In this document: one piece after another, positions 62,300 through 64,000 of the stretch
How positions within the stretch are numbered: position 1 is the first letter of the stretch
Layout: every line of letters starts with the position of its first letter
Origin: Carcharhinus amblyrhynchos
Lineage: Eukaryota
Assembly: GCA_965287045.1 (NCBI GenBank)
Contig: OZ336885.1
Location: 42,284,001 to 42,348,000, forward strand
Length of the DNA stretch: 64,000 nucleotides
Direction of reading: 5' to 3'
Program-made: the position numbers and the translations under genes
Notes under the pieces: model-generated
Told to the model about the DNA's origin: nothing
What the model saw: the letters and a program-made list of their open reading frames with translations, nothing else
Databases searched by the model: none

Positions 62300-62455
62300 T
62301 TGATCACATTTCTATCCCTTTTCACTTCGGGGTCATGTGGACTGACAACGTTAGCTCTGTTTCTCTCTCCATGGGTGCTGCCAAACCTGCTGAGTTTATT
62401 CGGCCTTTTTCCATTTTTATTTCAGATTTCCAGTATTCGTGGTGTTTGATTTTAT
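62300..62455 (+). mobile_element. Penelope-like 3' end (second family), hammerhead decayed
   Basis: gggtcatgtggactgacaacgttagctctgtttctctctcc..tgctgccaaacctgctgag is the reverse-complement homolog of 10815-10950. Confidence 0.7.
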
Positions 62456-64000
62456 TTAGGCATTTATGTTTCACTCTCCTGGAAAATTGATTCTTCACTG
62501 ATTTTTCACAGGACACAATACTACTTCAAGAAGCTCTGGCAATTGTGTGTGATGATGAGGATATTGAATGCCATAGATTACAAGTTGCCAGCTATCCTCA
62601 AGATTCTCTTGCATTGCGAGATGAACTTGAATGTTCATCAGTGTTGTCTGTGGGCCCATGAATTGAGCACATCTGTAAATCAGCCAGGAGCAGTGGCCTT
62701 GCGATATAAAGCAAGTTCATTATTTCCATGCAGCAGGGAGATGTTGGGGCTTTGGTGGTAAAGTTTGAAGAGGATGCGACAAGCCACAATGGTTGATATT
62801 TTAAACGATTATTATCAATGAGGGATAGTTAATTGTTTGTCGTATTAGCATGCAATATGCTGTAGCAGATCGGTGGGGTCTAAATTTAAAATCAGAATCC
62901 ATTATATGTTAACCCAGATTGAAAGCTGGGCGCTTTCTAACAGGAAATGGTTTCCCTGCACTGCTCTTATACCCTCATGCAGCACACATGGAAAGCTGAA
63001 AGCAGAATGCCCACCAGCTCACTCAGCCGTAGATGGCTAAGGAACAGAAAGCTCAAGGGAAAGGGAGAGAAAGGGTTTACTTTTTGAAGCCATTTGTTAG
63101 CGAGAAGATCACAGATAAAGATGGAAGCCTTTTAGGCCACGAATGTGTTGGCTATATGACAAGAGTCAGTTTCCCAATGGACTAAAACATTCACTTTGAC
63201 CTTCTTTACACCTTCATGAAACCCCATGGATTGTGTGCTATTTGGTATGCAAGTACAGCAGCCAATTTGCCGAGTAAGTGACCACAACCAGCTAATTTCA
63301 GCCTCAATTATATGTGTATCAGTAATGAAACTTCAACTGACAATCCTTTGGTTCGCAGTGCTACCCACTACACATGCTGATACTTGTCTCAGTGGTAGAA
63401 TAGTCATGTCTGTTGTTGGTGCTGGTGTTGATCTCTGTCCCTGAACCTTTCACCTGAAATCACATTAATTCTTTATGGAAAATGTTGGGGATGATTTTCC
63501 CATCCAGATCACCAGCAGCCGAGTCACAGGATTCGCGCTGGGCGGCCTTGTCTCTGCGCCTAATTTTTTTCACATCAACGGGTCCACGCTAATTATCAGT
63601 GTAATGGCAATTTGCATTCATGAACATACCTTAGCGCAACTTGAATCTCCACCCCCCACTAGCATCTCCCCCCTCTCCGGTGTGACACCAAGCTGGCAGA
63701 ATTTACAACTGCTTTACGAAAGTTGGGACCTGATGTGGCAGTGTTGAACAGGAGTAAGGATGTAAGTTTTATGCGATTGCAGCCCTTGGACTGCAAGGGA
63801 GATTGGAGGCACGGTCTGGAAACTTTCTGTGGGAAAGTTCCTGGAGAGCTGGAAATGCCCAGGCCCAGAGAGGCCCATTTGATTTCAATGGGGTGGGGTG
63901 GGGTGTGCTCCTTTACTGAGTGCTGGTGATTCTGTTGTCTGCAGCCATTGGGCTGTTCCATTTTCTGGCTGTGGGATGTGGTGACTGACTGCTGGAGTTT

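Overview
Eukaryotic, repeat-dense window, almost certainly from a shark (elasmobranch). The call rests on HE1-type tRNA SINEs, HER1/CR1 LINEs and Deu-domain SINEs. Most of the sequence is transposon-derived: many CR1 fragments including one 5'-truncated copy with an uninterrupted endonuclease + RT frame (about 19265-22230, -), about 13 HE1 SINE copies or fragments, a second tRNA-SINE family, Gypsy, Ty1/Copia and RTE remnants, and GC-rich Harbinger-like MITEs. Two things stand out. (1) Short Penelope-like (PLE) pLTR insertions, often as inverted pairs with 11-14 bp target-site duplications, carry minimal type I hammerhead ribozyme motifs with covarying stems; one copy at 10310-10347 (-) has an intact core. 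(2) A chain of phase-compatible minus-strand exons (54113-54151, 53875-53988, 44291-44533, 28535-28610, 18796-18857, 14204-14334) is not assembled by the ORF track. It encodes a protein I cannot identify and contains an in-frame TGA, so it is either a decaying gene or a recoded one. Element boundaries were read by eye and are approximate unless exact motifs are quoted. No database searches were run.
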